Of a DNA stretch of 64,000 bases, positions 29,791 through 40,089 are shown one piece after another. The notes below the pieces were generated by a model that made no database searches, was not told where the DNA came from, and worked only from the letters and a program-made list of their open reading frames with translations. The stretch's first letter is position 1. Each line of letters opens with the position of its first letter. The stretch is from a virus. Position numbers and translations under genes: made by a program. Location of the stretch: IMG/VR virus record IMGVR_UViG_3300018890_000002, positions 1-64,000 of that record; one strand, written 5' to 3'.

Positions 29791-32688
29791 ACTCTTTATT
29801 TTTGGAATGTTGCGAATCTTATCTAGTAATATAGTATTTTTATTTTGCTCATATGAGCTACTAAATTGAATATCACTACTAACAGTTCTTTCAAAATTAT
29901 TAAGTTTTTCTAACATATCATCTAATTCAGAGAGATAAGACTCGTAAGACTTTTTAATTGTTAAAACATTACTAATCTCTTTATAAGTAGAATCTAATTT
30001 TTCTATATCGCTTTCACTCCAAACTCCTTTACTATATTGATAACCCGTTTTAGCTTTATTACTTATTTCTGACCTATATAAGTTACTAAAATTCTCTAAG
30101 TTATCTACATTATCAAACTTTTGTAATTGTCCTAAGACTTTTTCTTTTTCAGCTAAGACCTGTCTCATATAGGTTTTCTGAGTATCTATAAGAGCTGCTC
30201 TATCCGCTAAACTTGAAGAATCTAACCTTTGCTTGCTAATATTTCGTATATTATCAATATTTAATCGATTATCATTTAATTCTCTTTTAATTTTATTAAC
30301 ACTGCTAACTACAGAATCTAATGTTTTAGTAGCTTTACTTATAGGTTGAATAGTAGTAGGAGTATTTTTTAATTGCTCAGCTCTAGCTCTAGTATCTCTC
30401 CCTTTTAAGTTTTTATCTACTAACCTACTTTCTTTAGATTGTCGATTATTTATATTTTGTACTTCTTTACTGAGATTTCGTTCTATATTTTTTAACTGCT
30501 TATTACTACTGTTTAATACTTGTGTACTTTTAAGATTGTTTAATGCGTCTTCTAAAGTAATATCTTGAGGTAAATCTTTTCTATTACTAAGAATTGCTTG
30601 TTTTGCACTTATATTTAAATTTGCATTAATATCAGTCACATTTGATTTTTTAGTCTTAGTAGTATCTAAAAACTGTCTAAGCTCTAATTCATATTTTTGT
30701 TTTGCTTCTAAATAAGAGTTATAAAGATTATCTAAATCTAATCCATCCAACTGTCCTTGTATTATTCTATCTCTTATGGTTTGGTAATCTCTCTTAGACT
30801 TTAGCACTGTACCTAATTTACCAATATATTCAGAATTATCTAATATTACATCTTTAATAGTAAAATCTAAAATCTTACCTACAGGAAATTTCTTATTAGC
30901 TAACTGGGTATCTATTTTTTTTATTACTGGGTTTTTAATGTTAGAAGTGTTGATACTACTAGGTAATTCATCTGCAAAGTCCAATATTTCTTGCATAGTA
31001 TTTTCATCTAAGTTATCTACAAAACCTTTTAATAAAGATCTTTGGTTTTCTTCTACTAAATCTGGTAAAGGTGTAAGACCTCTATTCGGGTTATAAGGAT
31101 TAAGATTAGGATTGTCAGATGTCTGTGTTCCTATATCGTTGGGAATTTTAATCTTAGGAGTAGTTTTAGGAATAGTAGGTTGAGCAGTAGGAGTTTGAGG
31201 AACTTTAACTCTATTTCTAGCTAATTTAGAATATGCAACATAAGCAATACCTACACCTAATAATCCTACTCCTCCTATAATTAATTTCTTAATAAAGGGG
31301 TCATCATAAAATGTGTCATCTTTAACAGGATTAGCTAAACTATTTGCAACTACTTGGTTTTTTAATAGCTCAGAAACTTCACTTAGTAAACTTGGTTCTG
31401 TATCTTCTTCCTCTTGCTCTACTCCTACGAAATAACACCAACACGATACATGAAAAGGTGGAGCAGCAGAATACAACTTACCATCAGATTCAACTTCTCC
31501 ATATCTAGTAGCGGTATCCGGTTTATATAGATCAGATATTAGAAATTCTTCACCATTCTTCTCTTTACAGTAAGTACAAAGAATCGGCATATAAGCTTTT
31601 TTATCTTTTGACTGATAAGCTTTCGGGATACTACCAAAAGTGTTGATAGCTATAGTTCTATTGTTCCTATTTTCAGCTTCATTTACTACTCTTACTTTTG
31701 TATAACCTAACTCTTCTAATTTCTTTAATCTTCCTAAATTGTAAGCAAGGGATATTTCAGTCTCAGCTATTCTTTTCACTCTACCTATATTAATTAATTT
31801 ATTTTTTGGGGTGGTGTCTGTTGGGTCTAATGTATCTCTAGTTAAATCTTTGAATAAAATTGATTCTCTAGTATTAGGTCTATTACCTGCAAGATTATTA
31901 AAGTATTTTTTTATACTATTCACAATAGATTCTTTATGATCTTGAGAATATCTAGCTCCTAAGACTAAAGTTCTTTTTTCCTGGTAAATAGTACCAAACT
32001 CACTAGAATTTAATATATCAATATCTCCAGGTCTTGATACAGTTGATATATTTCTACTAGCGATCTTAAGTTCCATATTTCTAACAGATTCTTGTAAATC
32101 TCTAGCTCTAACTTCTACAGACTTAAACTTTTGAGTTCTTTTATCTTTACTTTTATTATCAATTGAACCTAAAAACTGGTTAAGCTGTTCACTAAGAAAA
32201 TCTAGAGCTTTATCAATATTATCTATCTCTTTTGAGTTTTGTTTAGTAGTAGGTTTACTAAGTTGTTTAGCCAACTCTTTTTCTTGTCTAGCTACCTCAA
32301 TATTAATTCTTTTTAACTGCGCTCTTTGTGTCTTAGCGTCTGTAATAGCTCTTAAGACATTAGCTTCTTCATTAAAAGTAACTAAATCACGACTAGAATT
32401 GAATTTTATTTTCTTTCCTTCATTTTGAATGACATCTTTCTGACCTAACATCCAGTGATAATTCCATAACTCATCTAAAGCAGATTTAATAATAACTGTT
32501 GGAGCTTTTAAATCTTTTTCAATATCTTTTATGACTGAAGAATCTAAATTATCTAACTTTTTTTTATGAGGTGTTAAAAAACTAATATTGAATTGTTGTA
32601 ACTTTTTCTCAACAGTATTAACAAAGCTTACTAAATATTTACTATCTAGTGAGCTTTTATTCTTCTCTTTCTTCAACTTGCTTGTCAT
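29764..32688 (-). CDS. MuF/SPP1 gp7-like head morphogenesis protein with TM helix and long C-terminal extension
   Basis: RIAETEISLAYNLGRL, CTYC..NG, PPFHVSCWC. Confidence 0.8.
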   Translation of the reverse strand: MTSKLKKEKNKSSLDSKYLVSFVNTVEKKLQQFNISFLTPHKKKLDNLDSSVIKDIEKDLKAPTVIIKSALDELWNYHWMLGQKDVIQNEGKKIKFNSSRDLVTFNEEANVLRAITDAKTQRAQLKRINIEVARQEKELAKQLSKPTTKQNSKEIDNIDKALDFLSEQLNQFLGSIDNKSKDKRTQKFKSVEVRARDLQESVRNMELKIASRNISTVSRPGDIDILNSSEFGTIYQEKRTLVLGARYSQDHKESIVNSIKKYFNNLAGNRPNTRESILFKDLTRDTLDPTDTTPKNKLINIGRVKRIAETEISLAYNLGRLKKLEELGYTKVRVVNEAENRNNRTIAINTFGSIPKAYQSKDKKAYMPILCTYCKEKNGEEFLISDLYKPDTATRYGEVESDGKLYSAAPPFHVSCWCYFVGVEQEEEDTEPSLLSEVSELLKNQVVANSLANPVKDDTFYDDPFIKKLIIGGVGLLGVGIAYVAYSKLARNRVKVPQTPTAQPTIPKTTPKIKIPNDIGTQTSDNPNLNPYNPNRGLTPLPDLVEENQRSLLKGFVDNLDENTMQEILDFADELPSSINTSNIKNPVIKKIDTQLANKKFPVGKILDFTIKDVILDNSEYIGKLGTVLKSKRDYQTIRDRIIQGQLDGLDLDNLYNSYLEAKQKYELELRQFLDTTKTKKSNVTDINANLNISAKQAILSNRKDLPQDITLEDALNNLKSTQVLNSSNKQLKNIERNLSKEVQNINNRQSKESRLVDKNLKGRDTRARAEQLKNTPTTIQPISKATKTLDSVVSSVNKIKRELNDNRLNIDNIRNISKQRLDSSSLADRAALIDTQKTYMRQVLAEKEKVLGQLQKFDNVDNLENFSNLYRSEISNKAKTGYQYSKGVWSESDIEKLDSTYKEISNVLTIKKSYESYLSELDDMLEKLNNFERTVSSDIQFSSSYEQNKNTILLDKIRNIPKIKSLHNIMFKD

Positions 32689-32744
32689 TTATAAATTCCT
32701 GCAATATAATATATCAATACCATAACAAATGTAAAAAAAACTAT

Positions 32745-33116
32745 ATGACCACTCAATTTTCTAAGATCGAAAAAAAAGGTCTAATTGTTCGAGTTCAAGA
32801 TAAAGTAAAAACAGCAGGTAAATCACTTATCTCTCAAGCTTTACTCTCAATAATTTTTGATGCAGTATTTGATGTAATTTCAGAAGTATTAGCAGAAGGT
32901 AATGAAGTAACTACTAAGCTAGGAGTATTTAAACTCAAAACTGTAAAAGATGCTAATAGACGAGATATTGGTAATAATACTACTTTACCAGTTAAAGGAT
33001 ATTACCGCCCCCGCCTAGCCCTTAATAATAGGATTCGTAAAGAGTTTATGTCTAGAGGTTTTTCTTTCTTACCATCAACTATTAAGACTGAGATTGAAGA
33101 AACTAATAACGGTTAG
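32745..33116 (+). CDS. HU/IHF-like DNA-binding protein
   Basis: VFDVISEVLAEGNEVTTKLGVFKL...RRDIGNNTTLPV; start MTTQF at 32745. Confidence 0.8.
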   Translation: MTTQFSKIEKKGLIVRVQDKVKTAGKSLISQALLSIIFDAVFDVISEVLAEGNEVTTKLGVFKLKTVKDANRRDIGNNTTLPVKGYYRPRLALNNRIRKEFMSRGFSFLPSTIKTEIEETNNG

Positions 33117-34699
33117 AACTTAAATCTACTATTAGTAACTAAACCGAATATTTGAGGAGGAGGACTATCGTTAAAGATATTTCTCCTTTGTTTTATGTAA
33201 TCAGGAATAGTTACTTGACTTTCTTCTGTACTAACTCCTCTTCCATTTCGTTCTAACCACAAGATACCATAACAGAAAGCATCCATGATATCGTCATATC
33301 TAGTAAGAGGAAATGTTACTATCTGGTCTTTTAGGTTCTCTATTTTTTCGCAAGCTTCTTTAGTAGGAAAATATATCTTACCCGCCATAAAGGAGGGAAG
33401 TGTAGCTTTCAATCTATTTTCTTTCTCGTTACCATAGTCTTTAGGTTCTAACGCAATAATTCCAGGAATCTCTTTAGAAAGTACGTGAATCAAAGCAGCA
33501 CCCATACTCTTCTTCTCAATCAACTTATAAGAGATTGGATATTTAGCTAATAGCTTTTTAACTTCTAATATTTGATCGTCAAACCCTAATCTTTTTTCTA
33601 CCACGTCCACTACATAATATTTTCCCTCATATGTACCAAACACTACTAACCCAGTAAAGCAAGCAGTATCTTCTACAGACTCAGCTAAGTCTGCTGCTAG
33701 TATATATTGGTCATACGGTGGAGTATTCTGATACTCTTTAAAATACTTACTAGAGATAACATTACCAGAAACACCTCTAACGTTTTGTTGACATTGACGT
33801 TCAAATTCAATAGAAGTCATTTCGATTTCCATTCTACGAACTTCATCTATAGTTAGGAGTTCTGGAATCAATATCTCACCAGTTGTCTTTCTCCAATCTT
33901 TAAAACCCAGCTTAGTATTACTATTCGACATTCCCGTATATAACAAAGGTAATTCTAATACGTCAAAACCACCCATCTCTTTTAAATAATTAGAGGTATC
34001 ATCTTCTCTTAGTCGTTGTTGAATTAAGATAAAGACTTTCTCTTCACTTGTCTTATCTAAACGGGAAATAAGAGTCTCTCCAATAAATTGATTAGTTCTT
34101 GTATTAACTTTTTTACTTTTTGCCTCAGAAGCTTTAAGAGGGTCATCTAGGATAATTACATCTGCTCCTTTACCAGTAATAGAACCACCAATACCTACAG
34201 TAGATCTATCTCCTCTATAGCTATTAAGAAGATACTTCTCATTATCCGAAATAATTTTTAATGGGAAATCTATATATTCCTCCATACTGTTTTGTACTAG
34301 GTTGTAGTAATCATGTTTAACCAGATTTCTAAATTTTTCAGAGCAAACTTTAGCAATGTCAAAGGTGTAACTACAATAGATAAATCTAAGATAAGGTTTC
34401 TTCAACCACCAATACGCAGGAAAATAGACTCCAGTTAATAGAGTTTTCATTGTACGAGGACTAATATTAATGATTAATCTCTTAATCTGTCCAGCCATAA
34501 CAGCTTCTAAATGCTCACACAAAGCTCCTGCTAATCGACTATCTCTGAAATCATGCGTCTCTACATGATCGAATCCAACCTTAAGAAAATCGTATAAGGA
34601 GTTAGAAGCACCAATATACTTTTGTTGATTCTGAAAAAACTTAATCTCTTCTTCTAGAAATTTAATTTTATCTATTTCTGATCTTTTTCTATTCGCCAT
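33113..34699 (-). CDS. terL: Terminase large subunit
   Basis: RLIINISPRTMKT Walker A, GADVIILDDP Walker B, RNase H-like C-terminus (ADLA, IEKK, DDIMDA). Confidence 0.93.
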   Translation of the reverse strand: MANRKRSEIDKIKFLEEEIKFFQNQQKYIGASNSLYDFLKVGFDHVETHDFRDSRLAGALCEHLEAVMAGQIKRLIINISPRTMKTLLTGVYFPAYWWLKKPYLRFIYCSYTFDIAKVCSEKFRNLVKHDYYNLVQNSMEEYIDFPLKIISDNEKYLLNSYRGDRSTVGIGGSITGKGADVIILDDPLKASEAKSKKVNTRTNQFIGETLISRLDKTSEEKVFILIQQRLREDDTSNYLKEMGGFDVLELPLLYTGMSNSNTKLGFKDWRKTTGEILIPELLTIDEVRRMEIEMTSIEFERQCQQNVRGVSGNVISSKYFKEYQNTPPYDQYILAADLAESVEDTACFTGLVVFGTYEGKYYVVDVVEKRLGFDDQILEVKKLLAKYPISYKLIEKKSMGAALIHVLSKEIPGIIALEPKDYGNEKENRLKATLPSFMAGKIYFPTKEACEKIENLKDQIVTFPLTRYDDIMDAFCYGILWLERNGRGVSTEESQVTIPDYIKQRRNIFNDSPPPQIFGLVTNSRFKF

Positions 34700-34747
34700 T
34701 GCAATGATATAATAAATAATACTCTAACTAAATGATAACTGAAAAAC

Positions 34748-34942
34748 ATGATCACAACTAAAACTATAAATGGAAGAAAGCTAATTACATCTTGTACTTT
34801 AGCTAATTGTTGCTTAACTTTTGAGGAACTAGAAAATGGGGATGTAAAACTCACTAATGAAAAGAATCAAGAATTAATTTGCTCTAGAGATGAACTAATT
34901 GAATTAGCTAATTACATCAAGAAAGAAGTTCCTGTTCTCTAA
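34748..34942 (+). CDS. Hypothetical protein
   Basis: 64 aa ORF divergent from terL, followed by hairpin at 34966-34990. Confidence 0.55.
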   Translation: MITTKTINGRKLITSCTLANCCLTFEELENGDVKLTNEKNQELICSRDELIELANYIKKEVPVL

Positions 34943-35001
34943 TTTCACTTGCTACAATGTTGGAAGAATCTCTGCTTAGGCGGGGATTTTTATTTTTAGT
35001 A

Positions 35002-35412
35002 ATGGAAGAAAATACAATGTTTGATTTATCTCCTAACGTCGATTTATTACCAGCTACAAACCATCATAAAGAAAGAGAACAAAGATTATTTGATTATTTA
35101 GTAACAGAACTTGACTCAAATATATTGATTAATATAGCTAGTCATTACTGGATTTCACTAAAAATGAAAGTTTGGGATAATTCTAAACAAATATTAGAAG
35201 TCCCTGATTGCTGTCCTAGTAATGATGATTCTAGAGTTATGTTTACTTGGGATAAAGATGAACACTATTTAGAATGCGAAATAATTATTGATGGTACTAA
35301 AGAGTTCTTCTATAGAAATCGAATCACTAAAGAAGCTATGGGGGAAGATTACTTTCCTAGTGCTAATATTTCTGAGGATATTTTAAAGAAGTTACAACTA
35401 TTTGTAGAGTAA
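35002..35412 (+). CDS. Hypothetical protein (paralog of next gene)
   Basis: WDKDEHYLECEI...KLQLF; start after the terminator-like hairpin preferred. Confidence 0.65.
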   Translation: MEENTMFDLSPNVDLLPATNHHKEREQRLFDYLVTELDSNILINIASHYWISLKMKVWDNSKQILEVPDCCPSNDDSRVMFTWDKDEHYLECEIIIDGTKEFFYRNRITKEAMGEDYFPSANISEDILKKLQLFVE

Positions 35413-35415
35413 TAT

Positions 35416-35784
35416 ATGTTAGATGAAGTAGTTAATTATTTGGAATCTAATAGAGAGTTAGTAATTAAAATAGATTCTAGTGACTTAGTAGATACAGCTA
35501 TCAAAGCTTGGAATTTCATTAAAGAAGATTTTAGAGAGCAATATAATAAAAAGCTAGTTAGTCCAGAAATTCAGTTTGATACTACTAACTTGGAGTATTT
35601 ACAAGCAAATCTAGTCTGGGATAAAGAGTCTTATTACTTAAGAATAGAAGTTGTTGAGAATATGTCTTATTGCTACATTTATTTTGAAGACAACGTTGAG
35701 AGAGTAACCTTAGATAAGTGGTATACTTTAAATACTCCACTACCCGATTGGCTAATTAATAAACTTTCACTATTTATTTACTAA
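35416..35784 (+). CDS. Hypothetical protein (paralog of previous gene)
   Basis: WDKESYYLRIEV...KLSLF. Confidence 0.7.
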   Translation: MLDEVVNYLESNRELVIKIDSSDLVDTAIKAWNFIKEDFREQYNKKLVSPEIQFDTTNLEYLQANLVWDKESYYLRIEVVENMSYCYIYFEDNVERVTLDKWYTLNTPLPDWLINKLSLFIY

Positions 35785-35819
35785 ACCCAAAAGCATCTAC
35801 TCACGTATTTCTAATTATC

Positions 35820-36047
35820 ATGAAAAACTATTCTATTGAAGTTACAGAATCTATTCCAAAACCTAAGATAAGAGAACAAACTCCTAAGACTAATTCTTTC
35901 TCTTGGGGTATTTTATTCTTAGCTATACTCGCTACATTTATCCTCTTTCCTGAATCAGTAGACACAGTTAACGACTATTATAAACAACAGAAAGAACAAT
36001 ATCACTTAAGAGAAAATAAAAATGATTACTATCTCAGAACCAAATGA
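35820..36047 (+). CDS. Small single-TM protein
   Basis: WGILFLAILATFILFP. Confidence 0.6.
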   Translation: MKNYSIEVTESIPKPKIREQTPKTNSFSWGILFLAILATFILFPESVDTVNDYYKQQKEQYHLRENKNDYYLRTK

Positions 36048-36252
36048 TAAACGTACAGCTAATTTACTCAAAGGACTAAGAACACTTTTTAACGCGAACG
36101 ATAATAATGTTGTTGACCCTTTATCTTATCCTGGTACCGTAGAAGTAAAAATAGTGTATAGATTAAATATTCAGGAAGTGATATATCTAGAGTATTTAGG
36201 ATGGGAACAATTAGAGGATAATGTGATTTGGAGATTTAAGTTAAATAGTTGA
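36022..36252 (+). CDS. Hypothetical protein
   Basis: 76 aa ORF. Confidence 0.6.
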   Translation: MITISEPNDKRTANLLKGLRTLFNANDNNVVDPLSYPGTVEVKIVYRLNIQEVIYLEYLGWEQLEDNVIWRFKLNS

Positions 36253-36277
36253 CAATTTAAAATGAGAAAACTATAAT
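36249..36277 (+). promoter_or_regulatory. Consensus sigma70 promoter upstream of tRNA
   Basis: TTGACA-17 nt-TATAAT. Confidence 0.85.
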
Positions 36278-36386
36278 TAAAAGTGTTGTTAGAACTTTGT
36301 ATTTATTATGAATTTCTTAACATACATTTGGTTCGATAGTTCATAGTACCAACAAAAGGGAGGATGAAATGTCTTCCCTTACTTTC

Positions 36387-36458
36387 AAGTCCATAGTTTA
36401 GTAGATAGAATACGGAACTTCTAATTCCATGACCTCAGTGCGATTCTGAGTGGACTTA
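36387..36458 (+). tRNA. tRNA-Arg(UCU), no encoded CCA, atypical T-loop
   Basis: Acceptor AAGTCCA/TGGACTT; D arm GTTT/GAAT; anticodon arm CGGAA-CTTCTAA-TTCCA; T arm CTCAG-TGCGATT-CTGAG. Confidence 0.88.
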
Positions 36459-36549
36459 TTGATTGTGCAATTTGTTTTTGTAGGAGAAGTGAAATATCTT
36501 CTATCTTTTTTATTAATAGATATAATTAAAGATAAAACATAATAAATAT

Positions 36550-36882
36550 ATGCCACATTTAATTTATACTACTCTCTATCCAATACCAATTACTACTAAT
36601 AATCAAGCTACTCAAAGAATAGCAGAAGACTCTACTTGTTATCTCTTAGAGGTTATTAAATTTCAAGATAAGACTATAAGAGGAGTGACTAAAGATAGGA
36701 CACTCTGGTTCTTAGCTGAAGACATACTAAAAACATTATCTAGTCCTTATGAGAAACAAAGACTCTTAGATAATATAAAAGATGAGTATAAGAAATTTAT
36801 TTATATAGTAGATGATGTAGGAACTAGAAGACATCTTTTAATGATTAGTATGAAAGGTATAATAGATCGATTAGTTAATTAA
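36550..36882 (+). CDS. Bro-N domain protein
   Basis: FQDKTIRGV..DRTLWFLAEDILKTL...MISMKGI. Confidence 0.75.
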   Translation: MPHLIYTTLYPIPITTNNQATQRIAEDSTCYLLEVIKFQDKTIRGVTKDRTLWFLAEDILKTLSSPYEKQRLLDNIKDEYKKFIYIVDDVGTRRHLLMISMKGIIDRLVN

Positions 36883-36891
36883 TAAAGAAAA

Positions 36892-37107
36892 ATGGTCACT
36901 AACTGGACAACACTTTACGTTAAATTAAATGGAGAAATGAAGAGAATAGGTAATGTAAATCCTAAGACAGGAGCAGTCTCTTTGTATTCTGAAGGATATA
37001 AATACTATGACTCACCAGATCTCTATTATGTGAATACACAAGGACTATATAGGAATATTAATTCCTATCTCTTTTTTATTATATCACAGAGGGAAGAAAA
37101 AGTGTAG
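36892..37107 (+). CDS. Hypothetical protein
   Basis: 71 aa ORF. Confidence 0.55.
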   Translation: MVTNWTTLYVKLNGEMKRIGNVNPKTGAVSLYSEGYKYYDSPDLYYVNTQGLYRNINSYLFFIISQREEKV

Positions 37108-37165
37108 TATTAGAGCTATATAAGAATAGAGATACTAAAAAATATTCTCTACTCTCAATACTCTA

Positions 37166-38992
37166 CTAAAAACAATATCCTAAAACTTTCTTGCCTTCTA
37201 TTTTTCTAGAAGTCTCAGAACCAGGAATATATTTGAGAACATCTAACCCTTTAGCTTTTTTATCTAACCTTAAGCTGATATAAATTTCGGCTAAGATATT
37301 TTTGCAATCGTTCATACTATAAAAAGTATTTTTCTCAAAAGTCTTTTCTAATTTATCTTTAATAACGTTTTGAACTTCTTGGCATTGAGCATATATCTCA
37401 TTATTAATTTTTTTCTTAACGTATTTTAAAGACCTAATACGAGAGATACCTAGAATTTCTACTGCTTTCTTGATTGAGTTATCAAGACTATTAATCTCAG
37501 CTAAAGTTTCTAAGTCCAATTCACTCAATTCTTCTTTAGACATAATTTCAACATACTGCTTGAGCATTGCTTGGTAACTAATGCTAGTAGTATTATATAA
37601 GAAATCATCTTCGATCTTTTCATATTCCTGATTACCCTCAAGAGTAAAACCCGCATCAATATATCCTTGTCTAATACTTAATCCACTACTATAAATGCCG
37701 TGAATAACCTCATAGTTAAATTCTTCGTTTAGCTTTTTAAGTTCGTTGAATTCAATAGTATTGGTTTCTGAATTGTACTGAATATAAAAATCATCTAAAT
37801 CTAATTGATATAGTTTTTTATAAGCTTCTTTCTCTAAATCCTCCATTTTATTATTAAACATATTAATGTGAACAAGAGTATCTTTAACTTTATTCTCTAC
37901 TGTATTTTGGAATTCTTTTTCATCTAGTTCATATACTCCAGTGTTGTAGATATGGAAGATAGTATCTTTAAATGGATTATTAATGTTTCGTATCCTACCT
38001 GCAATTTGAGTAATATCTGTGGAGATGTCTAGTAGAGTATGTTTTTTACTAACTCCACTTACTACATAGATCACTCCACTATCTGAATAGAAATCAACTC
38101 CAAGGAAAGACTTAGATGTTACGAACGTGAATGGTTTATTTGGATCATGTACCTTGCTAATACCAAAATCTTCTAAGAGATACTTATTTCTATCACTTTC
38201 ACCACAGATGATTTTTACTTCATCAGGAGTTAGATTAGCATTATCTAAGATATCTTTAATAATACGAACAGAGTTAACAAAAAAATAAGCTTCATGACTA
38301 ATGTGGTTTCCTATTTTTAGTTGATAGCCATTAGCTTTATATTTAGCGATAATTTTTACTACATTAGCAAAGGGAGTATTAGTCTTCTTTCTATGTAGTT
38401 TAATTTGTCTAGTTACCCATTTAACTTCTGTGTAATCTAAGTCAGCTAATATCTTAGGAGTAAACTTTGGCTTAATAGGTGTGGCGGATAGATACGTTAC
38501 ATAGTTGAACTTACTAGATTCTTCTAATAAAGTATCAATAGCTTTATCTCGGTATGAGTAGTCACTAAGTATTTTATGATACTCATCAACTAAGAGTTTG
38601 TATTCAGTATAAGCGTCTATCTCTAATGCCTTTAACCAATTAACTGTTTTGTGCAATGAGTTATAAGTGGTAAATATTTTAATATTCGATTGATTTGCTT
38701 TAATTTGTTTAGCAAAAGTTTTATAATCCATATCTCCGTATACCCCAATAATTTGAGTGTTCTGACTCATTTTGTTACTGATAATCTCAATAGTGGGAAC
38801 AGCTACAATATATGGATCAAGAGATACGGTAGCTAGAAAAGTACCTCCTACTCCAGTAGCTCCTTTGTTGAATATACCTTGAGGTAACTCCGACATGAAC
38901 TCACTGAGATAGATGGCGGGGGCTGGCGCTTCGATTGTGTGAATAGTCATAAATTTTGAGAGGGAATATATTTTAGTTGTGTCTACTATCAT
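37166..38992 (-). CDS. SF2 (DExH) helicase-like replication protein, paralog 1
   Basis: KGATGVGGT, LLVDEYH, YLSATP, GVDFYS, QIAGRIR; start may be 38950. Confidence 0.85.
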   Translation of the reverse strand: MIVDTTKIYSLSKFMTIHTIEAPAPAIYLSEFMSELPQGIFNKGATGVGGTFLATVSLDPYIVAVPTIEIISNKMSQNTQIIGVYGDMDYKTFAKQIKANQSNIKIFTTYNSLHKTVNWLKALEIDAYTEYKLLVDEYHKILSDYSYRDKAIDTLLEESSKFNYVTYLSATPIKPKFTPKILADLDYTEVKWVTRQIKLHRKKTNTPFANVVKIIAKYKANGYQLKIGNHISHEAYFFVNSVRIIKDILDNANLTPDEVKIICGESDRNKYLLEDFGISKVHDPNKPFTFVTSKSFLGVDFYSDSGVIYVVSGVSKKHTLLDISTDITQIAGRIRNINNPFKDTIFHIYNTGVYELDEKEFQNTVENKVKDTLVHINMFNNKMEDLEKEAYKKLYQLDLDDFYIQYNSETNTIEFNELKKLNEEFNYEVIHGIYSSGLSIRQGYIDAGFTLEGNQEYEKIEDDFLYNTTSISYQAMLKQYVEIMSKEELSELDLETLAEINSLDNSIKKAVEILGISRIRSLKYVKKKINNEIYAQCQEVQNVIKDKLEKTFEKNTFYSMNDCKNILAEIYISLRLDKKAKGLDVLKYIPGSETSRKIEGKKVLGYCF

Positions 38993-39312
38993 TATAGCTC
39001 GAATACTACAAAAAATCTTCTCTCTGATAAATTAGAGAATAAAAAATTCAGTTTAGGAATATAAAAAGCTACTATGTAAACTAAAAATTATTCACTTCGA
39101 TTATGAAAAATAAGTTGTGGATTTTTTAAATTATGTATTATTGTTAATGCTCATTTTTGAAAATTAGTCCACAGTTTGAAAATATTTATTTAGTAGAATA
39201 ATAGGTTAATGTCCAGTAGGATAATCTGAGAAATTGCAACTATTAATTACGGTAGCATTGTTACTTCTTATCTAGTTGTGATATAATGAGCTAAATAACT
39301 TAGGAGATTAGT

Positions 39313-39411
39313 GTGACTGAAGAAAAAGAAGTTAAACTTAAATTAGTAAGAATAGAACAAGACAAAAGTGCTAAGATTTTTGTTTATCGTGAAATTAAAG
39401 AGAAAAAATAG
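39313..39411 (+). pseudogene. Truncated member of local paralog family
   Basis: AGGAG RBS and GTG; ...IFVYREIKEKK* resembles WVYKE/RAYKE of paralogs. Confidence 0.35.
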
Positions 39412-39489
39412 TATCACTAGAATCATTCCTAAAAAAGAGTTAAGAGACTTAGTTATGAAGAACGACAAAACATAGAAAATAAAAAGCTT

Positions 39490-39864
39490 ATGACTATTGA
39501 AGAGGAGGAATTAACTATATCTTCTAATGTAGGTATAAAAGGAATGCCTGGTTCTACTCGTTGGGTCTACAAGGAAAGCTATGAAACAGGTAGAAAAGTT
39601 AAGATAGGGATTCTAGCTGAAGATAATGTGATTGAGTTATATCCACCTAAAGATACTACTATTTATCAGCCTACCCTATATTCCCTTTCTTGGTATGTTG
39701 AGTCTATAGGATATGAAGGAACTGACCAATATATAAGTATTGAGCCTATGAACTTTATTAATGAGATAGTAGTTAAGAGAAAAGAGTTAGGTCTGGTAGA
39801 TAAGGTAACTGGTTATATAACTGATGAAGGTAAAGCAATCTATTACGATCAATATAGGACTTAA
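39490..39864 (+). CDS. Hypothetical protein, YYDQY paralog family
   Basis: GYITDEGKAIYYDQY. Confidence 0.7.
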   Translation: MTIEEEELTISSNVGIKGMPGSTRWVYKESYETGRKVKIGILAEDNVIELYPPKDTTIYQPTLYSLSWYVESIGYEGTDQYISIEPMNFINEIVVKRKELGLVDKVTGYITDEGKAIYYDQYRT

Positions 39865-39865
39865 T

Positions 39866-40089
39866 ATGACTTATATACTAGACTTTGTGAATAACTATAA
39901 TTCTCCTAAGAGAGATGGAATTACTGTTTATAAAACTCATAGTAGAATAGAAGTTGGTTTAGTGGTAAATGGTAAGATAGTTTTCAATATAATAGAGAAG
40001 TATTTGTAAGAGAAGAGTTACATACTTGGTCTATTGGTTATTGGGAGAATGATACTTTAGTTCTTTGGAGTCAATATGAATATTCCTGA
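39866..40089 (+). pseudogene. Frameshifted paralog
   Basis: MTYILDF..GKIVF continues in -1 frame as QYNREVF..IGYWENDTLVLWSQYEYS*. Confidence 0.5.
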
